A model generated the notes under the pieces. It had not been told where the DNA came from. It ran no database searches and worked only from the letters and a program-made list of their open reading frames with translations. DNA of 32,000 bases from assembly GCF_016907915.1 (NCBI RefSeq), contig NZ_JAFBCW010000003.1, forward strand, positions 83,772-115,771, given 5' to 3'. Made by a program: the position numbers and the translations under genes. How positions within the stretch are numbered: the first letter of the stretch is position 1; every line of letters starts with the position of its first letter. Of the stretch, positions 1-7,417 are shown one piece after another. Source of the stretch: Desulforadius tongensis (GTDB taxonomy: Bacteria > Bacillota > Desulfotomaculia > Desulfotomaculales > Desulfohalotomaculaceae).

Positions 1-1067
1 CGCTGCTGGCGGGAATGGGTATTAAATTGGAGACCAGTGCAGCAGACCCGGGGCGTCAGCATGTGGTTACCACCATCGATTACCGGATCCAGCGGGTGGT
101 GGAACGGGTAATGGATAAATATGTCCGGTGCGGTGCAGTGGTAGTGATGGATGTGCATACCGGGGACATTGTGGCCATGGCCAGCCGGCCCAATTTTCAC
201 CCGGCAAGGGTTTCCAGCCAGCTGGAAACCGCCTCTCCCGAAACCTTTGTGGATCACTGCACTGCGCTGTACCAACCGGGATCTATTTTTAAAGTAATAG
301 TGGCGGCGGCAGCGCTGGAAGAGGGAATAGTAACTGAGGATACTACTTTTACCTGTCGGGGGAAGAATTCAAAGCTGGTGAAGTGCTGGTATCATCCCGG
401 TCACGGGACCATTACCTTTGCCGAAGCCTTTGCTCAATCCTGTAATCCTGTTTTTGCTCAGGTGGGCTTGCAGCTGGGTGCCGGTAAAATAATTGACTAT
501 GCTCGTAAGTTTGGCCTGGATAATCAAACCGTTATTGGTTACCCCGTTCCGGAAGATAAGCGCCAGGACTTAAATTTAATCGCGGCACCCTACAACCTTG
601 TAAACAGCAGTATCGGTCAGGGCCCGGTGCTGGCCACTCCGATACAAATAACTGCCATGATGAACACCATTATAAATGACGGTATGTATATTCCGCCCCG
701 GTTGGTGAGGGAATTAAGAAAATCTGACGGCACCATAGTACAGCGTTTTGCCCCCGGCGACAGTTACAAAGTTATTTCCGGAGCCACTGCATCTCAATTG
801 AGGGAAATGCTTTTACTGGTGGTACAAAAGGGCGGGGGCAGAAAAGCACTGGTGCAAAATTATGGCAGTGCCGGAAAAACCGGTTCAGCGGAGGTGGAGG
901 GACAGGAACGGGTCAATGCCTGGTTTTCAGGCTATGCACCGGTGCCTAATCCCCGTTACGTGGCAACGGTGCTGGTGGAACAGGGTATCAGCGGCAGTGA
1001 AAGTGCGGCCCCTGTTTTTAGGGAAATCATGGAAGAAACACTAACCCTTGCTCCGTTGACTGGATAG
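1..1067 (+). CDS. Class B penicillin-binding protein, transpeptidase domain (FtsI/SpoVD/PBP2 type), 5'-truncated by the window edge
   Basis: The reading frame is open from nt 3, so there is no true start in the window. It carries the transpeptidase motifs SxxK (GSIFK), SxN-like (NSSIGQG) and KTG (GKTGSAE). Stop codon at 1065-1067. Confidence 0.85.
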   Translation, partial: LLAGMGIKLETSAADPGRQHVVTTIDYRIQRVVERVMDKYVRCGAVVVMDVHTGDIVAMASRPNFHPARVSSQLETASPETFVDHCTALYQPGSIFKVIVAAAALEEGIVTEDTTFTCRGKNSKLVKCWYHPGHGTITFAEAFAQSCNPVFAQVGLQLGAGKIIDYARKFGLDNQTVIGYPVPEDKRQDLNLIAAPYNLVNSSIGQGPVLATPIQITAMMNTIINDGMYIPPRLVRELRKSDGTIVQRFAPGDSYKVISGATASQLREMLLLVVQKGGGRKALVQNYGSAGKTGSAEVEGQERVNAWFSGYAPVPNPRYVATVLVEQGISGSESAAPVFREIMEETLTLAPLTG

Positions 1068-1092
1068 TAGCAATATAGTAGAATAATAGTAT
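1064..1092 (+). repeat. Three direct ATAGTA(G/T) repeats at exact 11-bp spacing; candidate operator
   Basis: ATAGTAG at 1064, ATAGTAG at 1075 and ATAGTAT at 1086. The third copy overlaps a TATAAT hexamer (1090-1095). The repeats lie 58 nt upstream of the triple-HTH regulator start. Confidence 0.5.
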
Positions 1093-1149
1093 AATTTAAG
1101 GGAATTTGGCGCATATCTAGTTAAATAGTTCACAAATGAGGTGTAGACT

Positions 1150-1917
1150 ATGATAGTTCGGGGAGAGCGTATTCGTGCATTACGGGAAGAACGGGGGTAT
1201 ACATTACAAGACCTGGCCAAAAGGGCAAAGCTGTCATTGTCTTATTTAAGTGAGATAGAGCGGGGTTCCAAGCGGCCGTCGCTGAAAACCATAGAAAAAC
1301 TGGCAGCAGCATTAAATGTTCCCAAAACCCAGCTGATTGAAGGGGAAATCACAGATACCGGCTTGGCGCTGGGTGAAAAAATTCGCATTATCCGCAATGA
1401 AAAAAACATGTCCCTGCAGGAACTGGCGGATAAAGTGGGTATATCCCTTTCCTACCTCAGTGAAATTGAGCGGGGCACAGTTTACCCGGCGTTAAATACT
1501 TTAAAGCGCGTTGCTGAGGGGTTGGGCATACCGGCCAGCGCGCTGATGGGGCATGAAGGTACACTGGGGCATAAGCTGAGATCACTGCGGGAAGAATACG
1601 GGTTAACCCAGGCCCAGCTGGCCAACCTGGCCAACGTAACCGCCGGTTTAATCGGCCAGATAGAGCAGGGAAAAGTGCAGCCTTCACTAAAAACACTGGA
1701 AAAACTGGCCGAGGTAATGGGTGTGTCGCCCTGTTACTTTATAATGGAGCCCGGTGCCGTTGACCAGATGATTAATCTGATGAATCCCGAGCTCCGTGAA
1801 CTGCTGGTGCACCCCAATGTGCAGTCTGTATTGAGTATGATTTGCAACTTAAATGAAAAGGAGCTGCAGTTTATACTCAATTTTATTCAACTGTTTAAGA
1901 GGTCTGAATTAAGTTAG
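1150..1917 (+). CDS. XRE-family transcriptional regulator with three tandem HTH (Cro/C1-type) domains
   Basis: ATG start with GAGGTG 6 nt upstream. Three internal repeats of about 60 aa each carry the XRE signature: LQDLAKRAKLSLSYLSEIERG, LQELADKVGISLSYLSEIERG and QAQLANLANVTAGLIGQIEQG. Confidence 0.85.
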   Translation: MIVRGERIRALREERGYTLQDLAKRAKLSLSYLSEIERGSKRPSLKTIEKLAAALNVPKTQLIEGEITDTGLALGEKIRIIRNEKNMSLQELADKVGISLSYLSEIERGTVYPALNTLKRVAEGLGIPASALMGHEGTLGHKLRSLREEYGLTQAQLANLANVTAGLIGQIEQGKVQPSLKTLEKLAEVMGVSPCYFIMEPGAVDQMINLMNPELRELLVHPNVQSVLSMICNLNEKELQFILNFIQLFKRSELS

Positions 1918-1948
1918 ATATATTAAATATATACTGTAGAGGTGATTT

Positions 1949-2131
1949 GTGTTGCCTACATACGAGTTTAAATGTAAAGAATGTGGAAAAAAATTTACCG
2001 TAATGGTTTCCGTAACGGAAAAGGACCAGGTGAAATGTCCGGAATGCGGCAGTGCAAAAATTCAGCAGCTCATTACCGGGTTCTTCACCAAAGGCAGCTG
2101 CGGTGATCATGCTGGACACGGCGGCGGTTGA
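1949..2131 (+). CDS. FmdB-family putative regulatory zinc-ribbon protein
   Basis: GTG start. N-terminal YEFKCKECG...CPECG gives two CxxC pairs typical of the FmdB/CxxC_CxxC_SSSS zinc ribbon. The C-terminal tail is rich in Gly and His. Confidence 0.7.
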   Translation: MLPTYEFKCKECGKKFTVMVSVTEKDQVKCPECGSAKIQQLITGFFTKGSCGDHAGHGGG

Positions 2132-2139
2132 GGAATATA

Positions 2140-2172
2140 AAATGGAGGCAGTTGGCCTCCATTTATTTTTAG
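2140..2172 (+). terminator. Rho-independent terminator after the zinc-ribbon gene
   Basis: Stem ATGGAGGC (2142-2149) pairs with GCCTCCAT (2155-2162) around a 5-nt loop. TTATTTTT follows. Confidence 0.6.
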
Positions 2173-2286
2173 TAATAAATAAATACTGATTATTAAAAAA
2201 ATTTTTATAAAACAAGGTAGCCTCTTAATAAAGATTCTGTTATTATTATAGACAGAGAAATTACGGGACTAGGGAGGGGGGTATGT

Positions 2287-2604
2287 ATGGCGGTAGAAAT
2301 AAACGAAAGCAACTTTGAGGCTGAAGTTTTGCAAGCAGATATTCCGGTGTTAGTAGATTTCTGGGCCAGCTGGTGCGGTCCCTGCCGCAGTATAGCACCG
2401 ATATTAGACCAGTTGTCCGAAGAATACCGGGGTAAAGCCAAAATATGTAAAGTAAATGTGGATATGAACCAATCACTGGCCAGGCAGTACCAGGTAATGA
2501 GCATACCAAACCTGGTGTTTTTTAAAAACGGCAAAAAAGTGGATCAGGTGGTTGGTTTTACTGCTAAGACCGAATTAGCAAAAAAACTAGATGCACTGCT
2601 GTAA
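2287..2604 (+). CDS. trxA: Thioredoxin
   Basis: WCGPC active site, about 105 aa, typical thioredoxin sequence throughout. GGGAGGGGGG RBS 5 nt upstream of the ATG. Confidence 0.92.
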   Translation: MAVEINESNFEAEVLQADIPVLVDFWASWCGPCRSIAPILDQLSEEYRGKAKICKVNVDMNQSLARQYQVMSIPNLVFFKNGKKVDQVVGFTAKTELAKKLDALL

Positions 2605-2616
2605 AACCCTGTCCAT

Positions 2617-2648
2617 AGGAGGTTCGGTTTTGAACCTCTTTTTTTTTT
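2617..2648 (+). terminator. Rho-independent terminator after trxA
   Basis: Stem GAGGTTC (2619-2625) pairs with GAACCTC (2632-2638). A run of 10 T follows. Confidence 0.75.
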
Positions 2649-2732
2649 ACGAAAAATATTCCTAAATTATATGCAACCATTACCCTTATAGTACGTCTTC
2701 TTATTAGGTAAAAAATAAAGGGGGAAAGAATT

Positions 2733-4871
2733 TTGTTTAAAAGATTACTATCACTGACCTGCGGGATAATGCTGGTTTTATTATTTTCCCAAACGGCCTT
2801 GGCTTCTCAACCGGCCATTGCCCACCGGGAGCAGGCGTTAAAAGCAGCTAAGGAACTGCTGCCCGAAATTGTGGGCGACCTGCAGTTTGAGGTGGACTAC
2901 CGGGATGGAGGTTACTGGGGAAGAAAGGTTTGGAAGCTGAGTAAAAGGGAAGAAAGATTGTACTCCTACGGTCCCGGGGGAAGTTTAGAAATAGAAATTG
3001 ATGCTGACACCGGCCAACTGTTAAGTTTATATGACAGCCGTTATACCCCAAAATCAAAAAATTATGCCTCTACAGTAATTACTAAAGATAAAGCCAGGGA
3101 AATTGCTTTAAAATTTGCTGCCCGCATGCAGCCTGATTTAATCAGCCAACTGCGCTTGCAGGAAGATAATTATGCTCATAACTATGACCGGAAACTGCAA
3201 TTGGGCTATTCCTTTTACTGGAACCGTATCGTCAACGGTGTTCCGGTGCAGGATGACGGCATTGGTGTACGGGTTGACGCCGTTACCGGAAAAATAATCA
3301 GATACCATTTTAGGTGGAACGAAGAGGCAAAGTTTCCGCCCCCGGGTAAAGAAATACTGCCTGAGGGCAAAGTAACCGATATAATACTGGAAAAAATAGG
3401 GTTATACCCTGTTTATACAACGGAACCCGGTAATAATGGTGCCCGGTTAAAAATGGTGTACCGGTTAAACAGCAGTGCATTTATGTTTGATGTGGAGACG
3501 GGAAAACCGATGAGTTTAAACGGCAGAATAAAGAATTTTAATGAAAGTAAAGCCTATAACCAGCAGTTCACTCCGAAAGCCGGGGCCGCTGGGATACCGG
3601 CACAGCAGCGCCCGGTAAAGCAGATTAGTCCCATGGAGGCACAAAAAATTGCTGAGAAATTTTTTAAGCAGCTGGGCTATAGAGGTGAAGTGCGCCGCGC
3701 GGGAAGGGGAGGTATCAGTACATCCGGGTACTATATAGAACATTGGGATTATTGTGTTGAGGATGATAAAACCGGTGAGGGCACAAAGATAGAAGTGGAA
3801 ATAGATTCTGCCACCGGTAAGGTGTTGGGCTTTCACAAGTGGAACCGTTATCAGGGCGAAAGTAAAAAAGGTAAATCCATTTCTTACTTCCAGGCCCGTG
3901 ACATAGCAGAAGAATTTATTAGAAACAGCGATTTAACGGGCAGGGATATGAAATATGTAATCAGTCAAGATATTAATCTATCCGCCGATTATCCGAAATA
4001 CAGCATTTGTTTTACCAGGTTAATTCACGGCGTACCCCTGGAGGGCAGTCAAATAAGGGTGGAGGTAGACCGTTATACCGGTGAAATAGTGAGTTACAAT
4101 AATCACTGCCTACCGGTAAAAGTGCCTAAACTGGGTCCGGTAATTAACGAGGAGACGGCCGCCAGAGCATTTAAAGCTGCCAAACCGCTGGAACTTTGCT
4201 ATGTATATCAGAGAGATGAAAGATACCGCCCGGCGGGCGAAGCTATGCTGGTATATCGAATTAAGTATACCAGCCGGGAAATAGATGCATGTACAGGCAA
4301 ACCGCTGGAAAATAGCGGTAAAGCCGGTGATGCAGTTAAAAAGCTGGCCGGCCACTGGGCCTGCGGCCCGCTGAAACTGCTGGCAGACAGCGGTTTGCTG
4401 CCGGAAAATAATTTTGATCCCGGCGGTAATGTAACCCGCAGAGATGGCTTACGCATACTGGCGGCGGCATCCGGTTATTATTACTCCCGGCAAATTAAGC
4501 TGAATTTGACTGATGTTAGTCCCAATGATCCGGATATTGAAGCAGTTAAAAAAGCCATTGTCATGGATATAATTGAGAACGGAGGAACGTTGAATTTGGA
4601 CGCCCCGCTGACCAGGGAACAACTGGCTGCCTGGCTGGTGAACGGTATGGGGTATGCAGAGGTGGCAGCTCTGCCGATAAAAATTGAAAATAATTTTCAA
4701 GACAGTGATAAAATCAGCAAACAATACAGAAACCACGTGGCCTTGGCTGTCGGGTTTGGATTTTTTAAAGGAGATAAAAACGGCTGCTTTAACCCGCGGG
4801 GAAAGGTAACCTGGGCTGAACTGGCCACCGTGGTTGTAAGAGCGGCACCAGCATTAAAATACAGGGATTAA
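2733..4871 (+). CDS. Secreted cell-wall-anchored protein with about six PepSY-like repeats and three C-terminal SLH domains
   Basis: TTG start after AAGGGGGAAAG. Signal peptide ends ...SQTALA/SQP. The PepSY-type D-x-x-TG-x-hydrophobic motif recurs (DADTGQLL, DAVTGKII, VETGKPM, DSATGKVL, DRYTGEIV, DACTGKPL). The C-terminus has three SLH-like modules, for example FQDSDKISKQYRNHVALAVGFGFFKGDKNGCFNPRGKVTWAELATVV. Confidence 0.75.
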   Translation: MFKRLLSLTCGIMLVLLFSQTALASQPAIAHREQALKAAKELLPEIVGDLQFEVDYRDGGYWGRKVWKLSKREERLYSYGPGGSLEIEIDADTGQLLSLYDSRYTPKSKNYASTVITKDKAREIALKFAARMQPDLISQLRLQEDNYAHNYDRKLQLGYSFYWNRIVNGVPVQDDGIGVRVDAVTGKIIRYHFRWNEEAKFPPPGKEILPEGKVTDIILEKIGLYPVYTTEPGNNGARLKMVYRLNSSAFMFDVETGKPMSLNGRIKNFNESKAYNQQFTPKAGAAGIPAQQRPVKQISPMEAQKIAEKFFKQLGYRGEVRRAGRGGISTSGYYIEHWDYCVEDDKTGEGTKIEVEIDSATGKVLGFHKWNRYQGESKKGKSISYFQARDIAEEFIRNSDLTGRDMKYVISQDINLSADYPKYSICFTRLIHGVPLEGSQIRVEVDRYTGEIVSYNNHCLPVKVPKLGPVINEETAARAFKAAKPLELCYVYQRDERYRPAGEAMLVYRIKYTSREIDACTGKPLENSGKAGDAVKKLAGHWACGPLKLLADSGLLPENNFDPGGNVTRRDGLRILAAASGYYYSRQIKLNLTDVSPNDPDIEAVKKAIVMDIIENGGTLNLDAPLTREQLAAWLVNGMGYAEVAALPIKIENNFQDSDKISKQYRNHVALAVGFGFFKGDKNGCFNPRGKVTWAELATVVVRAAPALKYRD

Positions 4872-4902
4872 ATCAAAGCGCGGCTTCCGCCGCGCTTTGA
4901 TT
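4871..4902. terminator. Perfect 14-bp hairpin after the SLH protein gene (terminator-like, no T-run)
   Basis: AATCAAAGCGCGGC (4871-4884) pairs with GCCGCGCTTTGATT (4889-4902) around a 4-nt loop. No U tract follows. Confidence 0.45.
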
Positions 4903-4980
4903 ATGAGCAGTTTGCTTTACCGCCATTGAATGATGAATGATTGCCGGCTCATTTGAGATAATACAAATGGAGGTGGTTTA

Positions 4981-5238
4981 ATGGAACTGGGAACGAACTG
5001 GCATAAATGGAAAGATGTTTTGGGAGAAGCGGTGCAAATAGGAGAAAAATTGGGCTTATCCCACGATAATATTGATGATATCGCTTACCGCTTGGGGCAG
5101 TTCCTGGCCAATAATTTAGACCCAGCCAATAAAGAACAGCGGCTGCTTAAAGAACTTTGGGAAAACGGTACCGAAGAAGAAAAACGCAGTCTGGCATCCA
5201 TGATGGCCAAAATGAGCAAAAGGGATTCTTTGCATTAA
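4981..5238 (+). CDS. DUF3243-family small protein (B. subtilis YmfJ-like)
   Basis: 85 aa. The pattern NWxKWKDxLG...DIAYxLGxFLAxxxxPxNxEQRLLKELW matches my recollection of the YmfJ/DUF3243 family. GGAGGTGG RBS. Confidence 0.55.
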   Translation: MELGTNWHKWKDVLGEAVQIGEKLGLSHDNIDDIAYRLGQFLANNLDPANKEQRLLKELWENGTEEEKRSLASMMAKMSKRDSLH

Positions 5239-5464
5239 AGTTAAAGCAGCCGTCACCGGCTGCTTACTTGCTGGTACGAAAATCCCGGTGTTAATTAACA
5301 ACCGGTACCGGGCCCGGCAGGATAACTTTTTCAGGGCAAGATGTACTTTTTTGTCAATTTATGAAACAATTGGGCTTTTCAAAAGGTCTATATTATGGTA
5401 AATTGTCCTAAGGTGCTTGACGTTAAAAATGAATAATCAATTAACCAGTTGAAAGGGTGACAAA

Positions 5465-5854
5465 ATGGGTACTTTTCAAAAAGAGCAGGCGAACCAAGAA
5501 TTTTCTAACCGCTCAAGGCAGAAAACCCCGCGAACAAAATTACCGGCCGTTATACTGGCGGTTGTTTTATGGGGATGTTTGATTGGCGGCGGTTTCTATT
5601 TCGCCAAGCAGTATATTGACCGTTCCATCCAGGATGTGCAGCAAACCAACGCCATAAACATACAAAGGTTGGAAAGCCGCCTGGATAATTTGACTGCCGA
5701 AATGAAAGAAGTTGAAAAGGCACTGCGGGATGCCGATCAAACTTTATCCAGTTCCGATTCCACCCAGCAGGAACTAAACGATAAAATTAACAAATTAAAT
5801 AAACAGTTACAAGAACTGGAGAAAAGCCTTAAGATTTTGAAGGAGGCCCCTTAA
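5465..5854 (+). CDS. Membrane-anchored coiled-coil protein, function unknown
   Basis: One N-terminal TM helix (LPAVILAVVLWGCLIGGGFYF) followed by heptad-rich sequence. Its stop overlaps the next ATG (TAATG at 5852-5856). Confidence 0.5.
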   Translation: MGTFQKEQANQEFSNRSRQKTPRTKLPAVILAVVLWGCLIGGGFYFAKQYIDRSIQDVQQTNAINIQRLESRLDNLTAEMKEVEKALRDADQTLSSSDSTQQELNDKINKLNKQLQELEKSLKILKEAP

Positions 5855-6909
5855 TGCGGCTAATCAACATTTTTTTTGTTTTTTTAACAGCACCATTTAT
5901 TGGTATCGGCATTGCACTGGCCGGTTTTGCAGAAAACTCTCAGGCGTTGGGGATCCCATTAACAGAAGTGAATGCGGCGGTAAGTAATGCCGAAGATGCC
6001 TTTACAGAACTGCAGAAAAATGTGACCTTTTTAAGGGAAGCCGTGGAAGAGCAGGAGCGCCAGTACAAGGAACAGGAAAAAATTCTGCGTCAGCTGGCCA
6101 GCAAAAGCCAGGAACATAAAAGTATGTCTGACCAAATTTACGAGGAACGCATACTGGCCATGCTGGGGCCGCCCATCAGAACACACCGTTCTCACCGGGT
6201 GGAAGTTAAAGTTTTTAAACTGGATGAACTGGGCTACCGGGGTTATATTGCCAAAGTAAAGCTGTTTGACCCGTCAGTTTTTAAGGTGGTGCTGGCCAAG
6301 GACAAGTTTGGCGAGAGTGAAACCACCAGTGAAGCTGTGGCCCGTACCGGGGCCATTTTGGGCATTAACGGCGGCGGGTTTTACCGGCTGGTACAAAACG
6401 GAAAGCATTATACACTGCCCATTGCTAATACCGTCATTGACGGTAAACTGCGCAACGGCGGCAACGGTTTTCAACCTTCCTATGAAGATATTTTCATTGC
6501 CGGCATTCAGAGAAACGGCAGCGTAACGGGAGCTGTGGTGCACACTAAAGAAGAGTTAATGAAGCTTAACCTGTGGCAGGGAGTTAGTTTCGTACCGATC
6601 TTGATTCAAGACGGTAAACCGTTACCGCTGCCCAAAAAATGGCAGCATGAGAAACAACCCCGCACTATAATTGGGGAATATGCCAATGGAGACTTAATCA
6701 TGATTGTTGTTGACGGCCGCCAGGCCGATTGGAGCACCGGTGTGACCCTGGAGAGGCTGCAGATTAAGCTGATTGAACTGGGGGTTAAGGAAGCTTACAA
6801 CCTTGATGGCGGCGGTTCCAGTGTCTTTATATATAACGGTGAGGTGTTAAACCGTCCCTCGGACGGGAAACAGCGTAAAGTGGCCACCAATATAGTGGTA
6901 CTGCCTTAA
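5854..6909 (+). CDS. Phosphodiester glycosidase family protein (DUF2233/NAGPA-like) with N-terminal TM helix and coiled coil
   Basis: The motifs GAILGINGGGF and AYNLDGGGSS are typical of the DUF2233 phosphodiester glycosidase family. Translationally coupled to the upstream ORF. Confidence 0.75.
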   Translation: MRLINIFFVFLTAPFIGIGIALAGFAENSQALGIPLTEVNAAVSNAEDAFTELQKNVTFLREAVEEQERQYKEQEKILRQLASKSQEHKSMSDQIYEERILAMLGPPIRTHRSHRVEVKVFKLDELGYRGYIAKVKLFDPSVFKVVLAKDKFGESETTSEAVARTGAILGINGGGFYRLVQNGKHYTLPIANTVIDGKLRNGGNGFQPSYEDIFIAGIQRNGSVTGAVVHTKEELMKLNLWQGVSFVPILIQDGKPLPLPKKWQHEKQPRTIIGEYANGDLIMIVVDGRQADWSTGVTLERLQIKLIELGVKEAYNLDGGGSSVFIYNGEVLNRPSDGKQRKVATNIVVLP

Positions 6910-6917
6910 TTAATTAC

Positions 6918-6957
6918 AGGCGCAGTGCTGGCAGGATGCCGTTACTGCGCCTTTTTT
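6918..6957 (+). terminator. Rho-independent terminator of the glycosidase gene
   Basis: AGGCGCAGT (6918-6926) pairs with ACTGCGCCT (6944-6952), with an inner GGCA/TGCC helix, followed by a T-run (6952-6957). Its 3' arm and T-run also encode the last four codons (KKAQ) and the stop of the convergent minus-strand ORF. Confidence 0.7.
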
Positions 6958-7313
6958 AATTGGGAAAGTTCTTCGGCAATAAAATTAGCAGCATAGGTGG
7001 CCAGGGAAATGTTTTCTTGATTATTGTAAGTTTTAATGGCCTTTATTAACCCGATGGTGCCGGCAAATATCAAATCTTCACCATCTACATCTAAATGTTC
7101 GAATTTTTTTACTGCCTCGGCAACTAAACTGAGGTTGCGCTCCACTAATACGTTAAGGGCTTTTTCATCGCCTTTTTTTGCCAGTTCAAGATACCCTGCC
7201 TCTTCATCACCGGCCAGAGATTGGGGAAATGTATAAGAGGAGATAAAAGAAACCAGCAGCAGCATCCCGTTGATTACAGAGATTATTGTTATTGCCCAGA
7301 GACCTGCAGGCAT
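6942..7313 (-). CDS. Truncated pro-sigma-K/sigma-E-like protein (pro-sequence plus regions 1.2-2.3 only; no region 2.4, 3 or 4)
   Basis: 123 aa. It aligns by eye with the N-terminus of B. subtilis SigK: hydrophobic pro-peptide ...SYTFPQSLAGDEEAGYLELAKKGDEKALNVLVERNLSLVAEAVKKFE...EDLIFAGTIGLIKAIKTY...LATYAANFIAEEL. GGAGG RBS 7 nt upstream of the ATG. The ORF ends inside the neighbouring gene's terminator. Confidence 0.6.
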   Translation of the reverse strand: MPAGLWAITIISVINGMLLLVSFISSYTFPQSLAGDEEAGYLELAKKGDEKALNVLVERNLSLVAEAVKKFEHLDVDGEDLIFAGTIGLIKAIKTYNNQENISLATYAANFIAEELSQLKKAQ

Positions 7314-7320
7314 AAAGATA

Positions 7321-7359
7321 CCTCCATAAAAAGTTGTTTGTAATACAATTTATGGAGGC
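7321..7359 (-). promoter_or_regulatory. 10-bp hairpin that includes the Shine-Dalgarno of the sigma-like ORF; it may also terminate the upstream ADH gene
   Basis: On the minus strand, CCTCCATAAA (7359-7350) pairs with TTTATGGAGG (7330-7321) around a 19-nt loop. The GGAGG in the 3' arm is the RBS for the ATG at 7313. Confidence 0.45.
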
Positions 7360-7417
7360 AGCAAATAAAACGTGAAAGAATATAAATACCGGAATCTAAC
7401 TTCCTTAATGAAACAGC

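Noticed and set aside
5302-5317. Overlapping GC palindromes CCGGTACCGG and CCGGGCCCGG downstream of the DUF3243 gene.
   Set aside because: They are too short to form a stable hairpin, with no loop and no T-run. They may be restriction-site-like sequence arising by chance, and nothing else supports a function.
6942-7313. Reading the truncated sigma ORF as the 5' half of a sigK gene split by a skin-like prophage element.
   Set aside because: No recombinase or phage genes flank it. The ORF runs straight into the terminator of a housekeeping neighbour, and several invariant sigma residues are altered. This cannot be fully excluded without the whole genome, so it is listed as an alternative in the finding.
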